Source: Perna viridis (lineage: Eukaryota). Taken from it: a DNA stretch of 64,000 nucleotides. Below, one piece after another: positions 30,201 to 42,027 of this stretch. The stretch covers positions 6,696,001-6,760,000 of the forward strand of contig CM074514.1 in assembly GCA_037379345.1 (NCBI GenBank). The letters are read 5' to 3'. A model generated the notes under the pieces. It ran no database searches and was not told the origin of the DNA. It saw nothing but the letters and a program-made list of their open reading frames with translations. A program made the translations under genes and the position numbers. Within the stretch, counting starts at the first letter, position 1, and every line of letters starts with the position of its first letter.

Positions 30201-33200
30201 TGCCAAGCATGGGAGTTTCCAGGAGTTAATCTTTTACTGTTTTGTTTCTGCTCACTCAACCAGGCGCACCGTTCCTTGTGTACTCAGGTATTACTTAAAG
30301 AATAATCTCAACACGGAGACACTGGTGCCTGACGAGCTGAGATCAGAGCTTATTCGTGAAGCTCAGATCAGTCTGCTGCATCTAAACACAACAGAGGTGG
30401 CATCACAGCTGACATTAGAAGATTTCAAAGTGTTCAAGGATATTGAGCCAACAGAGTATATAGATGATCTGTTTAAAATCAATGCAAGATATGGAACACC
30501 AAGCTTGACCAAGTTCTCAGATGTAAGTATTTAATACAAGGTGTTTTTTAACTGAATATTCTGTGCAGAAACTTAAAGAGCCTTTGAAAAAAATCATTTC
30601 AAATTCAGATTTATTTTCTGAGTATTTTTGAAGCAAGGTCTGTATTGATTTTCATCATTTTTAGTGTTATTGTTTTTGAGTTATGGACCTTTTTATAAAA
30701 GAATGAAACAAATGGACTTAATAGGAAAATCTGGTATGCCTTCTGTCTGTTGTTTTCTTTGCTAACCCAGCCTTAATTTAATGATATAGTTACAAAAGAT
30801 ATGAAATACTGGTATAATATTTATAGAAATAGAAGATAGTCATTGATATTATGTATCAATTGGGGAGAAATTTTAAAATTGTAGTGAAGAATGCTTGAAA
30901 GAAAAATTAATGAAGACAATTCAAAGATCACTTGACTGAAATCATGAGTTACTGTGATTACAACAGTTACCAAAATTTCTAATGTAAGCTTAAATGAAAA
31001 AGTACAGAAATCATATAGTAAAAGAATGACCATATTTCTACATAAACAATTGCATCAGTAAGAATTCTGTTTTGAACAGCTTATCAAGCTAATTTTCTAT
31101 GGAAGTAGTTTGATATGAGAAATATATCAATCCTGAATGTAAAGGTAGGGACATAGAATACTAAACTTCTGTTTGCATCAAATATGATTACTTGTTTTTT
31201 TTTCAGCTTGTGAATAAAGAAATGTTCTGGGTAGTGTCAGAAGTGTGTGGAGAATTAAACGTAGTGAAGAGGATGAAACTCATCAAACATTTTATTAAAA
31301 TAGCAAGACACTGTAAAGACTGTAAAAACTTTAATTCTATGTTCGCCATTATCAGTGGACTTAATCATAGTTGTGTGACAAGATTAAAGAGCACTTGGGA
31401 AAAAGTGCCAAATAAATACGCAAAAATTTACAATGTAAGTACTTTATATACCTAATACAAGTTGAGCTGTCCTTGTAAAATTGTCTATTGTCAAGAAATC
31501 TACCTTTTTAAAAAAAGTTATGCTATGACAATTACAATTCATGAGATTTATGGGGAGTGCTTGGACCTAGTAAATGAAGAATACCTATTACCAAAGTATA
31601 TCAATCTTAGGAAGAAAGTTAAGTGATCAGGTTTCAGATGTAATCGTGAAAAATGAATTACAGGAGTCAGTGTTACTTACATAATAATGTTGATATTATT
31701 TGTATGTTTATGACTTGAGAGAGCAGGGTTATTGTGAGCTATATGGTATTGTTGTTGTGGTTATTGTGAGCTATATACTATTGTTGTTATCATTGTTTTC
31801 TTCAAGGATTTACTGGATTTGATGGATCCATCAAGAAACATGGCTAAATATAGAAATATGATGAATAGTGAACATGTACAGCCACCAATAGTAAGTCTGG
31901 TTTATTCTGTAGACAGTTTCAGTGTAATAAAGGGGAAAAATACAAAACAAGCATGAAATTGAAACAAAAAATAAACAGGAAATTTTACTTAGATATGGAA
32001 GTTAAAGTTCATAATTTTTTGTAGAATTGATTTTATTTGTTTTGTATTCCGCTGCAATTAGAGTTGGTATGTATAAATATGGTAAATTGTAAAATTATCA
32101 ACTAGGTTAGTGGAAATACTCAAAGATCCTCTACTCACATACACCTCTTAAGTTTGAAGTTTATTGAATGTATGTGAGGCAAATTTATGAATTGTCAATA
32201 ATCGGAACTTAAAAGCTATAAAAATTCTGGTCTATTAATATTCACTTATCCTCAACATTAACATCAATTACTATATTTTGATGAAGTTTTTCATTATTTT
32301 TAACATTGTTTCCTTTTTGTAGCTGCCATTTTTTCCTGTTGCCAAGAAAGATCTGACCTTTATACATCTAGGCAATGATTCTTACGTTGATGGTTTGGTC
32401 AACTTTGAGAAATTTAGACTTATAGCAAGAGAAACAAGGCATATATGTAACATGGCATCAGCTAAATATGTAAGTCTCCTGTGGCTAGTTGTTCATCATA
32501 TAATAGTGTTATCCTTTCCTTCCTGTTAACTTAAAAAATATGTGAATATAAGCATTTGGATCTAATATAACTCTAGGACTTCATTGTTTTTTTTCTATTG
32601 GGAATAGAATGGTGACAACAACAGTATTTAAGGATTGATGAACAGAAATGTTTCAACATTCTCATTTTATGAGCATGCAATAAACAATATTTCACAGAAT
32701 CTTTTTAGGTGTCAACATTGTTTGATTTTCCACATAAAAATTCATTTATGAAACTTATTTCAACATCAAACATGAAAAATATGGATATATACATTTTACT
32801 ACAAAACCATTGGAGCTTTGATTAAATGAGATAGGAATCATTTTCAAAAGAAATGAAATCTTTATACTGTATTGACAATGAGGTTATTTTTTATATCATC
32901 CATTGGTATAAAATGTTAATTTTTAGGATGTGAGTACAATGTTCCTTGGTACACCAAGCCATGATGAGAGCAACTTGTTCTCTGGGTTGGCAACAATGAA
33001 AAGGATGAAGGCACGACGGGGTTCAACCTTACCTAATGCTAAAAAAATGTATGAAGAAAATGAGATGAAAAGGAGAGTGAAATCCTATTTGTGTAACTTG
33101 AAAGTTAATGAGAATGAAGAAAGGTTATTGGAAATGTCTCATCAGTGTGAACCTCCAGGTAAGAGGAAGTAATCTACAGATGTTCAGGATTCTGCTAAAC

Positions 33201-36200
33201 TCAAACCAGATTTGACTGATATGCTACCTATCTTTAGTTAACTTCTGCTAACTTTGGCTTTCTATTGTTTTTGTAAAATCATGTCTAAATGGTTAGAATT
33301 GGATGAAAAAAATGTGAAGAAAATGTCCAATAACTAAAATATTAAACTATTACAAAAGAAGAATAGAGACATGTAGCAACATTATAACATATCTATGTAG
33401 AAATCAACACTATAGAGCAACAAAAAAATGCTTAATATCATGTTTTTCAGTGAAGAAGGATAACACATTGAGTAGTAGTGTATCTACACCAAATCTGACA
33501 GAGGACAAAAAGATAATAGTTCCTAGTGGTCCTAAATTTGGTGAGATTTCTTAATGTACAATATACTTGGTTTAGGACTTGGCAAAAAAAAATGATGACT
33601 GAAATGTTTGTTTTGTTGAACATGATGGGACCAAAATTGTTTTCAGATTTTAGTTCTACTCTTTTATGCCTCTTTCCTCATTTTTCCATTGCTTATTTAT
33701 ATTAAAATCTCATGTTAAACTGTTCACTTATATTCACAATGCTTCTATTGTATGATGCATGGTAAATAAGGATGAACATTTCTTTCTGTTTATTTCTGCC
33801 TGTTTGATAATGATCTGTTTAATTATCCAAGTTCAAATGCTTGTTACCTGGACTTGCTTTAATTATATTATGTTAAAATCTTCATGTTCTTTCTTTGTCA
33901 TAGCTGTTTCTTTTATTTGTTATTTTATCCCATGAAATCATTCAAATTTGTGTTTTTCAACTAGCCATTTGAATTTTCTGATTTTCATTTGCTTTAATCT
34001 AAATGAAAAACATGAATTAAATTTTGAGGTTTAAATAAAACTTTCTTTGGGTAATCAGTCATGAAACATACTTTTTATCGTTTCTAAGAAATTGTTCAAA
34101 TTGCTTCAAATCTATAAATGCAATTATTATGTACATGTAACTTACTATTTTATAAATAATTGGTTGTAAGAAGTTTATTATTTAGACTTTACTCCTCATG
34201 AAAAATATAAAAGTGCTTGGATTTTAGTTTGGATTAACTTGATTTGTAAAATAATCTGCAAGAATTTAAAGGTTTGTATGATCATTATAATAACCTCTTT
34301 GAATGATTTCTGTCTTTTGACTGCATGTGACATTTTTATGTATTTTGCTTTGGTAGGTGCAGATTCTCCTGAAGCTATCAGAAAACTGATGGGTCTGTCT
34401 GACAAGGTCCGACCCACAAAACATCATGCCCATCATCCCCAACCCAATCTCACTAGTCCAATGTCGAATCGCCGACAGTCGCCACGGCACACGCATGCTA
34501 GGCCTGTACATCTCACTCCCGAGAGCTCATCTGTGATATCTCTTAGTCATATCCACTCCAGAAATAAGCCTGTTCGGACGGGTAAGAATATGTCATGTTT
34601 CACTTGAATGGTATTTTCACTTGCACTGAATTTCATGGGCAACTTGGATTTTTTTCTTCTGTCTTTGGTTATTCTACTGTATTGGATCTGAAAAAAAGTA
34701 AACATCAGAAAAAATAATACATGTATCAGCATTGAATACTACCAAACTTGTAATAGTTGCAGAAGATAATACATGTATCAACATTGAATACAACCAAACT
34801 TGTAATAGTTGCAGAAGATAATACATGTATCAACATTGAATACAACCAAACTTGTAATAGTTGCAGAAGATAATACATGTATCAACATTGAATACAACCA
34901 AACTTGTAATAGTTGCAAAAGATAATACATGTATACAACCAAATTTATAATATCTGGAACCCTTTAAGTTCATGACCTATGCAGTTCCATTTTTAGAATG
35001 GGATATTATTTATTTGTCCCTGTTTTCTATTGATTTGTTTTATAACATTTTTTCATATTATATGTTTGAAGTTAAATCAGGGAAAGTCATGTCAACATTT
35101 TATGCAAATGAATCTCAGCATGTCTGTGTTAACAAATAATTATTTTAAATTGATGCATGCCTATCTTAGCATTCTTTATGAATTTCTTTGAAACAAGAAT
35201 GTTGCTTGGTAATTTCCAACTTTCAGTATTTGAATCCATTTAGCTTTTCCCATTATTTGCGGATTATTTGAAACCCATCCACACCAATCTTTTACACACA
35301 TGTATTTTATAAGTTAATTAAGTTCTAGTTAAACAGCATATATTTACTACTTCCACAAAGAGTACCAGTTCAGCAAGATAAGTACTCAGAAGGTTAAATA
35401 TGATCATTGAACCAATATATAATTTCTTTTTATGTTAAATACCGAAGTAGTGCACTATACTTTCCTAAATTTGTATGTGCTCGTTAAAATCTTGATTAGA
35501 AAAACAAACAGTTTTCACAAAGAGTTGAAAACATGATAGTGAAGGTTTAAATAATTCCATTAGGCCTAAAAAGTTATGTGTTTCTGGTAACTGTAAGTAC
35601 CGTTACACATACAACATCTAACGTGCGGTAAACATCCATTAGATTTTATCGTAATGTAATACGTACACATGTAGAAGTATATCTGGTTTAACTGTTTTGT
35701 ATTGTAGGTTCTTTAGGTTCTTCTGAATCAGCAAGTCCAACTGGAAGTAACCATAGTTATCCACCTCAATATGAGACAGACTCTGGTCGCTATAGTTATG
35801 ATTCTCATAGTACTCATTCAGCAGCTTCATCACACAGTTCAACATTATCTGGGGGTAGTGTATCCCCCACCCCTCACTACAGACTACAGCATCCCCCTCA
35901 ATCAGGTAATTATCTCTTTTTTATTGGAGCATGCATTCCATCAGATATTCTTGAGTTTTTAATAAGATCAGCAGCATAAGTAATTTTGAAACTGTCCAAT
36001 AGACTTATTCCCTTTGTTTGAAAATTTCCATTTGCTTTGAAATGAATCAGTAAAAACCCAAAAAAGCTAAAATTAAATCTGATGTAACAGACAGATTTAT
36101 ATGTCTGCAATAAACATTTAATGATTATATTGCAGGTAGTAGGCAGTTTACCAATTATTTTCATTAAATACTGTAAATTCAGAAAATATTGCAGGCTTTA

Positions 36201-39200
36201 AATATGGCCATACATGTATTATTTTCTTTTTGAAAAAAAAAAACAACTAGAAAATACTCCTTTAAAATAAAATGTGAACAATTGAAGTTTTTTGTGATTG
36301 CAATTAAGTTTTTTTTAAACTGCAACAATGAAAGCAATAATTTCCAGGTTTACAGTATTTTTTCTTTTGTTATGTGAGCTTTCTATATCCTTAAGCTTTC
36401 TTGTACAAAGTATTTAGCTTGGTCTTCAGATCAATCTTTGCAATGTAGAATGTCCTTGAAAAAAAAAAAAACTGCTAGTTGCAGCTTAAATATATATCTG
36501 CATTTTTTTAAGCTTCATAGAATTATAGAAAAAAAAAAACAAGTTTTACCCAGAAAAATGATGAGTTTTTTAAATATTATTTAAATATCCATGTTTTCAC
36601 TGACTTACTGAAGTCCAAGTTTTTTTATTACCAAATATAGTATCCAAGAAGACGATTGTAAACTCTTCTTTTTTTACATATCAATGTTGGAAGTTTGTAA
36701 TTTTTGTTAGTGTCAATATTTTCAGTAGGTGTTGGTTATTTTCAGCTTTAAGTGTTACCACCCCTTACAGTTACAAGTCTGTGTTATCAAAATTATTCCT
36801 TTAAATATTACATGTATAAAATTGCAAAGATTTTTTATTTAAGAGCAGTGGTTTGAATGTGTTTTCTCTATGTGTGGCTCATAATTTTTCTATTGTAAGC
36901 ATTCAAAATTTTGTTCCTCACGATTTTGTATTGTAAGTGTAGAACATTGTTGTGTATCTTCCAGCGGCATCTCAACACCAGCATCCAACACAACCACAGG
37001 TGCGGCCTCCTTTGCCGCCATACCATGTGGTAATGCAAAACTCTCCAGGTGAGAATCATTTCTCATCCATGTACCAACCATTTTTAGGATGGCATGTTCA
37101 TATCATTTTAACCAATCATTAGGCGAGAAGCTTCAGTCTTTTACAAGTGCCCCTCCCCATACCATACAATCTTTTTTATTTCTTTTTATTTGATAAATCA
37201 TAAATACTTATTTGTTATCCAGATTAATTAAAACTTGAGACAAAATTCAGTCAATAAAAAACATTAACAAAGGCAGCTGATAATTTCTGATGGCTGTTCC
37301 ATGCAGAATAATTTTAAGCTTGAAGCTCTCTCCTGTCATCTGTGTGCTTGCATGTGACTGTTTGGTGTGCATGATGTAACCAAAGCTGGCCAATACTCAC
37401 TTATTCTCTTCTTAAAGGTAATATATAAGGATTATATAGGCTGATGAAAATGAGATATTCTAGTTAGCAAATATTTTAAAGCTGCATTTTCAGCACAATA
37501 TACTTAGTGAAAATATACATTGCTAGATAAATTTCGCGGAAGATTTTGTTTGAAACTCTAATTGTTGTATTTAAAAATTCACATGTAAATCACTCAAGAT
37601 ATCATTGTCTGTTTTAGCTTTTAATGCTTTGTTTTTTTTTTGTTTAACTTGCAGTTAACTTGTACAGATTTTTTTTTTTATTTCAAAATATAACAAGCAT
37701 TGTTTGCTGAGCACAATATGTGTGGCTTTTGCACTTAGATTAGATAAATCATATGTTAATGATATATCATTTGACTATATTATGAAAGTGATAAGATTGT
37801 TTTTTTATTTTATCAGAACTTTCACTTTGTTACCAGTTTGGACTACTTTATTTTTACTAAAAATTACAACAGCAAAAAAAAAAAAATGAAAAGAAAAACA
37901 TCTAATGCTAGACCAGAAAAAATAAATCCAATCATGAAGTCATGTATAAATACCACTTACTGAAGATGCTTGTTACCAGTACTTTGAATAACAGAATGAG
38001 TGATATTGTCAGTTTTGATGGTAAAGGGAGACAATTTGGAATGTATTTGTAGCATGTAAACTACATTACTACACCTAATTATGACTATGTTTATGACTTG
38101 GTGCATCATTCTTATGGTTTACAAAGAAAACATAGGAATCTGGGTATTGGTTCTACAATGCTTTTGTTACCCAAAATATACCTCTAAATACTGGCTTTTC
38201 CCCTCGGCAAAATCATTTAAAATCACACAGATTCTAAGACCTTGTAAATCCCACATATTCTTCCAAATCTGTACAGGAAAGGGAGAGTACTGGGTAACAA
38301 ATCTGTACAGGTTACGGAGAGTCCTGGGTAACAAACCTGTACAGGTCAGGGAGAGTACTTGGTAACAAACCTGTACAGGTTACGGAGAGTCCTGGGTAAC
38401 AAACCTGTATAGGAAAGGGAGAGTACTGGGTAACAAACCTGTACAGGAAAGGGAGAGTACTGGATAACAAACCTGTACAGGTTACGGAGAGTACTGGGTA
38501 ACAAACCTGTACAGGTTAGGAAGAGTTCTGGGTGACAAACCTGTACAGGAAAGGGAGAGTACTGGGTAACAAAACATTGCATTAGGTCAACAACATAGGT
38601 TCTTTTTATTAGCTGTCTGGTTATACATGTAGCTTAGAATCAGAAAAATCTAGCAAATGATTCTTTTGAACATTATCATTTGAAATAAGAATATTTTACA
38701 AAGCATACAGCTTTAACCATTAATGAAAAAAAAAATATTACTCATTGAGTTTAATGAATTTATTTTGTTTTGTTAAAAAAAACCTAAGTATGATGTGCCA
38801 TGACTAAGTTTATGTCTATTTTATGTTCTGAATTATGACCTATAAAGGAATGTTAATTTTCTGTTTCCTTTTCACCTGTTTTATTGTTATGCAATTTTGT
38901 TTACTCCTTTGACAATTATAGCATTTGTTATTTTGATAACTTTAAATTACTATTAATTTGTAAGTCTTGTACAAATTGTAGTGGCCTCACTTGCGTATGT
39001 TACTTTCAATTGATATTATAAAATTTAGAAAATTTGATATTGTAGGAAGAAAGTAGCTTGTGGAATTGACTGTCCAGCTGCATAGAATTATCATTTTCCC
39101 ATTTATTTTGCAGTAGGTAACATATTGAATTCATAAAAAATAATCATACATACTGTTTGATTTCTCATGGGCAATGGAAATCAATAGATCTACTGCTGAT

Positions 39201-42027
39201 TTCATATATTGAGAAACTAAGAGGCAATGCATGTGTGTACAAGACTTGCAATTAGGCTATTGAATGATGGGTGATTACTATTAACTTGCTAAAAACCTGT
39301 CCCTTTTCTGCCTTCTCAACAGCATATAGCAACTATATTCACCAAACGTACACTAATGTACGGCGACCTCCTCTGCCTGACTACCATTCCGCAACTCAAA
39401 TGGCTCAGCTTGCCCGCAAGAAGCTCATGTACAAGACAGAGCGGGCACAATCGCATGATGGGGGCATGAGATACTACAACGGGTCAGCTAGGTACAGTCA
39501 CACTAACGATGGTAGGTGTCACTTAAGTCATCAACAAAATTGGAGGCTTAAGTCGAAGACAAATTTGATATTCAAAGGATGTTAACTAGTGAATGGCATA
39601 TTATCTGAGGTTGATATCTGAGGTGAAAATGCCCATGCAATTTGGGCTTCCTAATAAAACTGGAATTTACTGTTTATATTTTTCTTGAAGCCCTACTGAC
39701 TAGAAGGAAAGTATTTTATACAACCACTAAAATTTTGTGGTCGTCATTGTTACTGCTCTATCATCGACACTTGGATTTTTTGTGATAGTTTAAGTATTAG
39801 TTGGTTGTTTTTTTATACAAATTTTATAACAAGGTTCCAAACCACAAAAGGAGGGTTGGTGTTGAATTTGGGGTTATGGTCCCAATTGCTGCAGAATTAA
39901 GGGCCAAAAATAAACATTTCATAGAACTTAACTCTATATCTTCAGTAAAAAGGATGTCTATAATACTGTGAAAGTACTATTGTTTGTGGGGTACTAATTT
40001 TTGTGGTTTTTATGTATAGGAAACCACCACATTTGGTTCCCAATAAAAATGAGATTTCCATAGATGTGTAAACTGATAACCTTCAAACCACAAACTCAAG
40101 AATCCACAAATTTGTGTATCAGCCCTAATAAACGAAAATTGGTTTCCACAAATTTAAGTACTTTCACCGTACTTTTCCTCAATATTTATACCACAATGGT
40201 CAGCAGAATTGATTTTTGGTGTAAAGAGTTGAACTTCTCAGAAAATGAGGCCTAGAAACATGTATTTTCCTGATGTTCAGACAATTACTTGTCTATAAGT
40301 GAATGAATCTCTTTGAGATTGTGTAACTAGGTGCCATACCACTAGGAACACTGGGATTGTTTTTGGGAGTTAAGATTTGAACCTTTTAGGAATTAGGGGC
40401 CAAAAAGGTGCCAAAACAAACATTTTGCTTTTATCCATATAATAACCAGAGTAAATGTGAATGGATCTCATATAAATTTTACTAAAAGGTGCTATACTAC
40501 AAAAGGAAGAATGGGGTTGATTTTTGGGATAGTGACTTGAGTCAAGTGAGAATAAAGGGCCACAAATGGCCAGAAACAAGTAACAAAGGGTCAGTAAAAA
40601 GTTTTTTTTTTCTGATTTCTGGACAATAACTTGAGTGAAAGGGAATGAATCCCTTTGATATTGTACCACAAGGTACTATATCCCCACAGGAAGTTTTGGA
40701 TTGATTTTACAGATTTTGACTGGAACCATTTAGGAAAAAGGACCAAAATGTGACCACTTCATTCTGGTCAAATTTTATCCTGTGTCAAATGTCTAATCAT
40801 AATTAAGATTCAAATCTGTGTCAAGTTAGAATGGTGTGTCTATTTCAGGGTTCAACTTCTGCAGTCGTATCAAGTTGTGCCCTGTGAAACATTTTATTTT
40901 AAATAGTTTACTTAAGTTCTTTTGTTACTTTTACTTCATTTTAGAGAATTTACATGGATTTCTATTTTTTTGTCCTCATTTCTTCTGTAAAGTTTTCCGT
41001 CATAGAAAAAACAAATAATGAATATAAATATAGGGGAATTAGCATGGTTGTTAAAGGCATGGAATACTACACTGAACCATCACCTCTTGCTGCTCTAGAG
41101 CTAGATCTTAGATTCTCTCATGGAGTGCTGTTAGATGGAGTAATGTAGATGTTGATATAACCTTGTTAATGTTGTCCTTCTATTATCTTGTCAACTCATT
41201 GAACTTACAAATCATATATATATTGGAGGCCATATGTGGGGTTTACATGAATTTGAATTTGATGGTCCCTTTTGTCAGAACCTTCAAGGTTTCTGTAGGT
41301 AATGGTTTGATTTGTTCATTTTTAATGTACCAGTATTTATGTTTACCTTCAAAATGACCTCCAATTTGATGGCATGCTGACCAGATAAAGAAGGAAGTGA
41401 CATAATGATGAAATTTTTAGTGAGAGTGGTTGTGAATGTTTCTTCTGCCCTTAACTTTTTTGTCTTTGGTTGATTAACTTAGTTTTGTTTATTTTGAATG
41501 GTGAATGGGAATTTGTACTTAATAGCATTTTCTTTGATCTTAGTTGTTAGAATTAGATAGTCACAAATAATTACAATTACTTCATTAAAAACTAATTTCA
41601 GCTAAGAAACATTTTGTGATTATGACCAAAAAAATTATGATGTATGCTCCATTTTTTTATTTTTTTTTTTTATTTTGTAATTTTATATTTGTCTATCTGT
41701 TCCTGTTCGTCCATTTGCCTCAGATAAAAGTTGAAGGTGGGGTTAAATCATATTTAAACTTGGCTAAAAAGTCCAACATGTACATTTTGTAATCAAAAGT
41801 TGAATGGCATTTGATGCTTTCTCAGTTAGCAGGATATTAGTGCCACTTACAACACATTGGGTAATAATGAACAGACCATTAACACGGTTGGTTTATATTG
41901 TTTGATATAGACAAACATCAGTGATAAGGTACAATTAAGACATCATATACAAGCTATCAATGAACTAATCAATTATTTCTCATTTTCCTTTTTAGATGAA
42001 GAAGAAGAGCAAGTGTCTGCAGTGTGA
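9181..42027 (+). CDS. RAPGEF2: Rap guanine nucleotide exchange factor 2/6 (PDZ-GEF), 5'-partial, 25 coding exons in window
   Basis: 25 GT-AG exons with matching phases sum to 3919 nt (1 + 1306 codons). Domain order cNMP-cNMP-REM-PDZ-RA-RasGEF and C-terminal EEEEQVSAV* are diagnostic of the family. Invertebrate gene, probably co-orthologous to RAPGEF2 and RAPGEF6. Confidence 0.95.
12961..13846 (+). mobile_element. Helentron-associated (HINE/DINE-1-like) non-autonomous element
   Basis: 5' T-run with hairpin tcccctttcggc-aaat-gccgaagggga, GTCC/GTCA microsatellite, ~161-bp core repeated ~3 times, 3' subTIR gccgaaaggggaca and stem acagtat...atactgt. Confidence 0.8.
17585..17725 (+). CDS. Candidate alternative first or cassette exon of PDZ-GEF
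   Basis: tttag|GAT...ATC ACT|gtaagg, 141 nt, phase 0-0, open, internal ATG at 17621 (MESDVD...[17 protein letters not shown]). Confidence 0.45.
18032..18163 (+). CDS. RAPGEF2: PDZ-GEF exon (IDYPDVQ...SVVEQ)
   Basis: poly-T cag acceptor, gtaaag donor, phase 0-0. Confidence 0.8.
19035..19250 (+). CDS. RAPGEF2: PDZ-GEF exon ([19 protein letters not shown]...[13 protein letters not shown])
   Basis: ttacag acceptor, gtaagt donor; conserved GLPE..VDS acidic linker. Confidence 0.92.
21229..21327 (+). CDS. RAPGEF2: PDZ-GEF exon ([26 protein letters not shown])
   Basis: ttacag acceptor, gtatgt donor; conserved helix before the cNMP domain. Confidence 0.93.
21917..22107 (+). CDS. RAPGEF2: PDZ-GEF exon, cNMP-binding-like domain
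   Basis: AFANMT...[15 protein letters not shown]; ttacag / gtcagt. Confidence 0.95.
22733..22958 (+). CDS. RAPGEF2: PDZ-GEF exon, end of cNMP domain
   Basis: SFGI...[12 protein letters not shown]...[12 protein letters not shown]; tttacag / gtaggc. Confidence 0.95.
23260..23424 (+). CDS. RAPGEF2: PDZ-GEF exon, REM domain
   Basis: [20 protein letters not shown]; ttttag / gtatct; not in the ORF track. Confidence 0.94.
24197..24304 (+). CDS. RAPGEF2: PDZ-GEF exon, REM domain
   Basis: [17 protein letters not shown]; tttcag / gtaatg. Confidence 0.95.
24697..24900 (+). CDS. RAPGEF2: PDZ-GEF exon, PDZ domain
   Basis: [13 protein letters not shown]...[30 protein letters not shown]. Confidence 0.95.
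25164..25272 (+). CDS. RAPGEF2: PDZ-GEF exon, end of PDZ domain
   Basis: [34 protein letters not shown]; ttacag / gtaata. Confidence 0.95.
25515..25770 (+). CDS. RAPGEF2: PDZ-GEF exon, PDZ-RA linker
   Basis: FKEM...KRLSAPDL; phase 1-2; tttag / gtaagt. Confidence 0.88.
26404..26623 (+). CDS. RAPGEF2: PDZ-GEF exon, start of RA domain
   Basis: SASNPDL...[21 protein letters not shown]; tttgcag / gtagaa. Confidence 0.92.
26605..26805 (+). repeat. 28-bp tandem repeat x7 spanning an exon 3' end and its splice donor
   Basis: atacttacccatccataag|gtagaaatc at 28-bp period from 26605. Confidence 0.95.
26999..27063 (+). CDS. RAPGEF2: PDZ-GEF exon, RA domain
   Basis: [17 protein letters not shown]; ttacag / gttaga. 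Confidence 0.93.
27694..27801 (+). CDS. RAPGEF2: PDZ-GEF exon, RA domain
   Basis: FSLCEVTV...[22 protein letters not shown]; ttacag / gtatgt. Confidence 0.94.
30288..30522 (+). CDS. RAPGEF2: PDZ-GEF exon, RA end and RasGEF start (alternative in-frame acceptor at 30264)
   Basis: YYLKNN..TETL...[21 protein letters not shown]; gtaagt donor. Confidence 0.93.
31207..31434 (+). CDS. RAPGEF2: PDZ-GEF exon, RasGEF (CDC25) domain
   Basis: [32 protein letters not shown]...RLKSTWEK. Confidence 0.96.
31807..31890 (+). CDS. RAPGEF2: PDZ-GEF exon, RasGEF domain
   Basis: [14 protein letters not shown]...QPPI; aag acceptor, gtaagt donor. Confidence 0.94.
32323..32469 (+). CDS. RAPGEF2: PDZ-GEF exon, RasGEF domain
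   Basis: [30 protein letters not shown]. Confidence 0.96.
32927..33158 (+). CDS. RAPGEF2: PDZ-GEF exon, end of RasGEF domain
   Basis: [17 protein letters not shown]...[10 protein letters not shown]. Confidence 0.94.
33451..33540 (+). CDS. RAPGEF2: PDZ-GEF C-terminal tail exon
   Basis: ttttcag / gtgaga, phase 1-1, open (KKDNTLSSS...GPKFG). Confidence 0.8.
34357..34581 (+). CDS. RAPGEF2: PDZ-GEF C-terminal tail exon
   Basis: [12 protein letters not shown] motif (family SP.A..K.L.LS); phase 1-1. Confidence 0.88.
34714..34945. repeat. 52-bp minisatellite, ~4.4 copies
   Basis: ataatacatgtatcaacattgaatacaaccaaacttgtaatagttgcagaag. Confidence 0.95.
35708..35905 (+). CDS. RAPGEF2: PDZ-GEF C-terminal Ser-rich exon
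   Basis: tgtag / gtaatt, phase 1-1, contains [13 protein letters not shown]; second in-frame acceptor 9 nt downstream. Confidence 0.82.
36169..36357. mobile_element. Small MITE
   Basis: tactgtaaattcagaaaatattgc ... gcaataatttccaggtttacagta inverted termini. Confidence 0.7.
36965..37048 (+). CDS. RAPGEF2: PDZ-GEF C-terminal exon with LPPY motif
   Basis: tcttccag / gtgaga, phase 1-1, [11 protein letters not shown]. Confidence 0.82.
38263..38572. repeat. 34-bp minisatellite, ~9 copies
   Basis: acaaacctgtacagg(aaag/ttac)ggagagtactgggta. Confidence 0.95.
39323..39511 (+). CDS. RAPGEF2: PDZ-GEF C-terminal exon with LPDY motif
   Basis: ctcaacag / gtaggt, phase 1-1, [12 protein letters not shown]. 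Confidence 0.85.
39700..40790 (+). mobile_element. Degenerate interspersed repeat, same family as 4340-4463 plus 5150-5330
   Basis: Shared cores, e.g. gtgaatggatctcatat.aattt.acta near 5258 and 40457; gtattagttggttg-like start in both. Confidence 0.55.
39964..40171. mobile_element. Small MITE nested in an older repeat
   Basis: tactgtgaaagtact ... agtactttcaccgta inverted termini. Confidence 0.7.
41996..42027 (+). CDS. RAPGEF2: PDZ-GEF last coding exon, PDZ-binding motif
   Basis: cctttttag|AT GAA GAA GAA GAG CAA GTG TCT GCA GTG TGA = [10 protein letters not shown]. Confidence 0.93.

Noticed and set aside
38263-38572. Regular 34-bp array (also the 36-, 48- and 52-bp arrays) as CRISPR
   Set aside because: Head-to-tail units without unique spacers, eukaryotic context, no cas genes
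40849-41018. Possible alternative terminal exon of PDZ-GEF after tatttcag
   Set aside because: Low-complexity Phe-rich translation next to a repeat; the 41996 exon gives the conserved VSAV end
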